Of a stretch of 25,928 nt of DNA, positions 23,541 through 25,928 are shown one piece after another. The first letter of the stretch is position 1. Every line of letters begins with the position of its first letter. Source of the stretch: a virus (lineage: Duplodnaviria > Caudoviricetes); IMG/VR virus record IMGVR_UViG_3300016471_000700, positions 1-25,928 of that record. One strand, written 5' to 3'. The notes beneath the pieces were generated by a model, which saw only the letters and a program-made list of their open reading frames with translations, was not told where the DNA came from and did not search any database. Both the position numbers and the translations under genes were made by a program.

Positions 23541-23740
23541 TTCCTTTCAGGCACTTTGGTGCCATTGAGTTTTTGATGATTCTTCATTTCTCGGCATTCT
23601 TTGATTTGTTTTCCGTCTTTATCAATAAGACGTTTGCCATCTTTGGATACTTTATTAATACAAACTTTTTTTGTTTGTTCCAAGGCATAAACATTTGTTG
23701 CTATGCTTAGTGTAATTATAAATGTAACAAGGTATTTCAT
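23537..23740 (-). CDS. small secreted protein (antiholin-like candidate)
   Basis: Signal peptide ending VYA, two Cys, basic. Confidence 0.55.
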   Translation of the reverse strand: MKYLVTFIITLSIATNVYALEQTKKVCINKVSKDGKRLIDKDGKQIKECREMKNHQKLNGTKVPERK

Positions 23741-24009
23741 ATTTCAAGTTCCTTAGTTTTTGGCAACGGTGTGCCGTAAAAAAATTTATCAGGTTTTTTT
23801 GCAAATTTTTCACTCACCGTAAAACCAAGACCCCCCAAAACAATATACATCATTCCTTCAAACATTGCGGCATTAACCGTACGACCCCAAAATAAGTCAG
23901 CAAAGAAAGCAATGCTGCAAAAAATAAAAGCTAAAAAAGTTATAATTCTACGACTGCTTATTGACCCATCGATACTGTCACGAAAAACACTGTGAATAAT
24001 ACCATTCAT
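23737..24009 (-). CDS. two-TM holin-like protein
   Basis: SSRR followed by two hydrophobic helices; adjacent to the endolysin. Confidence 0.65.
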   Translation of the reverse strand: MNGIIHSVFRDSIDGSISSRRIITFLAFIFCSIAFFADLFWGRTVNAAMFEGMMYIVLGGLGFTVSEKFAKKPDKFFYGTPLPKTKELEI

Positions 24010-24017
24010 AACGTAAT

Positions 24018-24641
24018 TTAATCATTGAGAACATGAAGTATATGCTCATAATGTTTAATGCGTTCCTCTAGACCCAATGTGCCACCATTAATACGTTTTG
24101 TTAATGTTACGATGTCTTCCTTGTCAGCCCATTGATTAAGTTTATTTGTCTCCCAAAACCAACAAGCTGACTGTGCAGCACCTTCAAAAGTGCCAAGGTA
24201 TTCAGTTGCCTCTTCAGGAGAAATATTCAAAGATGCTGCAAACCAAGAATAATTATCACGACCAGTTAATTGAATTAGCCCACGACCGCGATAACGCCAT
24301 CCATCACCAGATTCTTCGGGACCATTTCCCATACGATTAGCATAAACACGATTGGCAATAGCCTCTTGTTTGTTTGTTTTACTTGCGTATTGTTGCGCTA
24401 TTTCATCGGTTGGAAAATATTTTGGAAATATCTTACGAAGAGATTGCCAACGATAATTTAAATTCTCTTGTAAAACCATAAACCCACCGGATTCATGAGC
24501 ACACTGTGCTACAAACGCAGCTACTCTTTGTGGCGTGTTAATTTCATAATCAGGAAATAACTGTACAAGTGCTGTATGCCACTGACTCACATACGGGTTT
24601 GTTGGAATTATTTGTTTTAATTGTTTTTCGGTTAGTTGCAT
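24018..24641 (-). CDS. glycoside hydrolase family 19 endolysin
   Basis: AQCAHES, ENLNY, YRGRGLIQLTGRDNY, TKRINGG. Confidence 0.93.
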   Translation of the reverse strand: MQLTEKQLKQIIPTNPYVSQWHTALVQLFPDYEINTPQRVAAFVAQCAHESGGFMVLQENLNYRWQSLRKIFPKYFPTDEIAQQYASKTNKQEAIANRVYANRMGNGPEESGDGWRYRGRGLIQLTGRDNYSWFAASLNISPEEATEYLGTFEGAAQSACWFWETNKLNQWADKEDIVTLTKRINGGTLGLEERIKHYEHILHVLND

Positions 24642-24664
24642 TTATTTGATTTCTTTTAAACAAT

Positions 24665-24946
24665 TTATTTTTTATTTATAGTTTCATAGATTTTCTTTTG
24701 TGTGACATACCATTCATTCCAGCCTTTTACTTTAATTGAGCATTGATGATATAACGTATAATTTTCAATGACTATTTTCATCATATCTGTAATTAAAACT
24801 TTATCAGTATCAATCGTTTTAAGATTTTCACATTCTTCTCTTAGTGCCGCAGGAATATCAGGCCATATTGGTGCTGCAGGTATCGGTTCTCGAAGCGAAG
24901 CGCAACCAGTAAAAAAAATTATTAAAAACAATAATATAAACTTCAT
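24665..24946 (-). CDS. o-spanin (Rz1-like lipoprotein)
   Basis: Lipobox FTGC, Pro-rich segment, ENYTLYHQC. Confidence 0.8.
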   Translation of the reverse strand: MKFILLFLIIFFTGCASLREPIPAAPIWPDIPAALREECENLKTIDTDKVLITDMMKIVIENYTLYHQCSIKVKGWNEWYVTQKKIYETINKK

Positions 24947-25467
24947 TTTTTTCCACTCAAAATAGTTGCAGCCTCATTATGCGACTCAATAATTAATTGA
25001 GGTACTGAACAATTTTTTATTGAATTCTCAAGTTCTGTAATTTTAGACTCATATGTTTTTTTTTCTTCTTCGGACATATTTTTTATTATTTCTTTGATGC
25101 GTTCGGGTCCTGGCACTTGAACTTGTTTAATGATTGTATCACCCTTTATTTTTATTTCTTTGATTGATTCTGTAATTTTTTCTTGTATATTTACATTTTT
25201 TCTTTCTGCTCGCTCTTCAGCTATAGTTACTTTATTTTCTATTTCTTCAATTTTAGTTTTCCATGTTTTATTATTGTATGCACTTCCATACATAAAAGTA
25301 GCGAAAATTATTAATACAATAAATGCAATTTGTATTGGTGTTTTGTAAATATAAAAAATTGGTGATGGTATAAAATACATTAAATAAGTTAGAGCATAAC
25401 CTAAAACACTGATTACAAACAGTGATAAAAACACCCATGATGGAAGAAATTCTAGTATAAACAACAT
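24943..25467 (-). CDS. i-spanin (Rz-like)
   Basis: Two N-terminal TM helices, long coiled coil, C-terminal CSVP...HNEAA; ATGA overlap with the o-spanin. Confidence 0.75.
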   Translation of the reverse strand: MLFILEFLPSWVFLSLFVISVLGYALTYLMYFIPSPIFYIYKTPIQIAFIVLIIFATFMYGSAYNNKTWKTKIEEIENKVTIAEERAERKNVNIQEKITESIKEIKIKGDTIIKQVQVPGPERIKEIIKNMSEEEKKTYESKITELENSIKNCSVPQLIIESHNEAATILSGKK

Positions 25468-25469
25468 TT

Positions 25470-25787
25470 TTATTTTCTACGAATAAATGAAATGAACGAA
25501 GCGATTTTCTTTTTCTTACTTATACCCGGTTCACCCTGTGATCCTACACCAAGACCCGCCACTTGACCGCCACCAACGACGTTTACTGGTGCATCTTCTT
25601 TCATTCTCTTTTTACGGCCTTGACAATGTGCTCGCTGTGAAAAACCCTTTGGATTATTACAATTAATAGACTGCTTGTATTTTTGTGACCAAGATTCTTT
25701 TACCGATGAATCAATGGGTTTACATTTTTTGTTGGTATTACACCAGTACATACCCTCACCACATTCTTTTTTAAATTCGTTAGCCAT
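25470..25787 (-). CDS. modular small T4-like protein
   Basis: Two Cys-containing modules followed by EDAPVNVVGGGQVAGLG..GEPG. Confidence 0.75.
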   Translation of the reverse strand: MANEFKKECGEGMYWCNTNKKCKPIDSSVKESWSQKYKQSINCNNPKGFSQRAHCQGRKKRMKEDAPVNVVGGGQVAGLGVGSQGEPGISKKKKIASFISFIRRK

Positions 25788-25928
25788 TTATTTGATTTTC
25801 CTTAAAACTTCTGCAACTGTCATATCAACTTCTATGTCTGATGATCGTATATCTTGTCCGCGGATACTTTTCACGATGGCTGGCATTAAATTTAAAAAAA
25901 TAAGGTACGTTTTTAGAACTGAATAATC
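25788..25928 (-). CDS. conserved T4-like protein, C-terminal part (runs off window)
   Basis: Manual translation DYSVLKTYLIFLNLMP...IEVDMTVAEVLRKIK*. Confidence 0.7.
   Translation of the reverse strand, partial: DYSVLKTYLIFLNLMPAIVKSIRGQDIRSSDIEVDMTVAEVLRKIK

Noticed and set aside
234-25926. All plus-strand ORFs in the track (e.g. 1813-2379, 4615-5064, 14974-15336)
   Set aside because: They are antisense shadows of well-supported minus-strand genes and have no recognisable motifs.

Overview
A 25.9-kb segment of a large T4-like myovirus genome. Essentially all genes lie on the minus strand in the standard genetic code. The host is Gram-negative (spanin pair, sigma70 promoters); a freshwater proteobacterial host is my inference. 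Read in the direction of transcription (right to left) it contains: (1) a lysis cassette (i-spanin, o-spanin, GH19 endolysin, holin-like proteins); (2) primase, an HNH endonuclease, thyX, nrdA/nrdB and a GIY-YIG protein; (3) an auxiliary block with a PlcP-type metallophosphoesterase, a second phosphoesterase and an Agt-type GT4 glycosyltransferase, which looks like a phage-borne phospholipid-to-glycolipid remodelling (phosphate-scavenging) system; and (4) about 14 kb of small early/accessory ORFs. The accessory region has seven sigma70 promoters, each paired with a helically phased TGTTG-N8-CAACA palindrome, several with leaderless ATG starts and a shared ATGATGAATAAGGAA 5' end. It also holds a five-copy 'MNER...AELIVREC...HFGVEE' family with a demonstrable chimera and a portable RBS/ATGA junction, a repeat-dense non-coding element (4035-4233), a heptose kinase beside an internally deleted nucleotidyltransferase, and an unannotated ArfA-like ORF. 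I saw no tRNA, rRNA or CRISPR array. All family assignments come from motif recognition by eye, not database searches.
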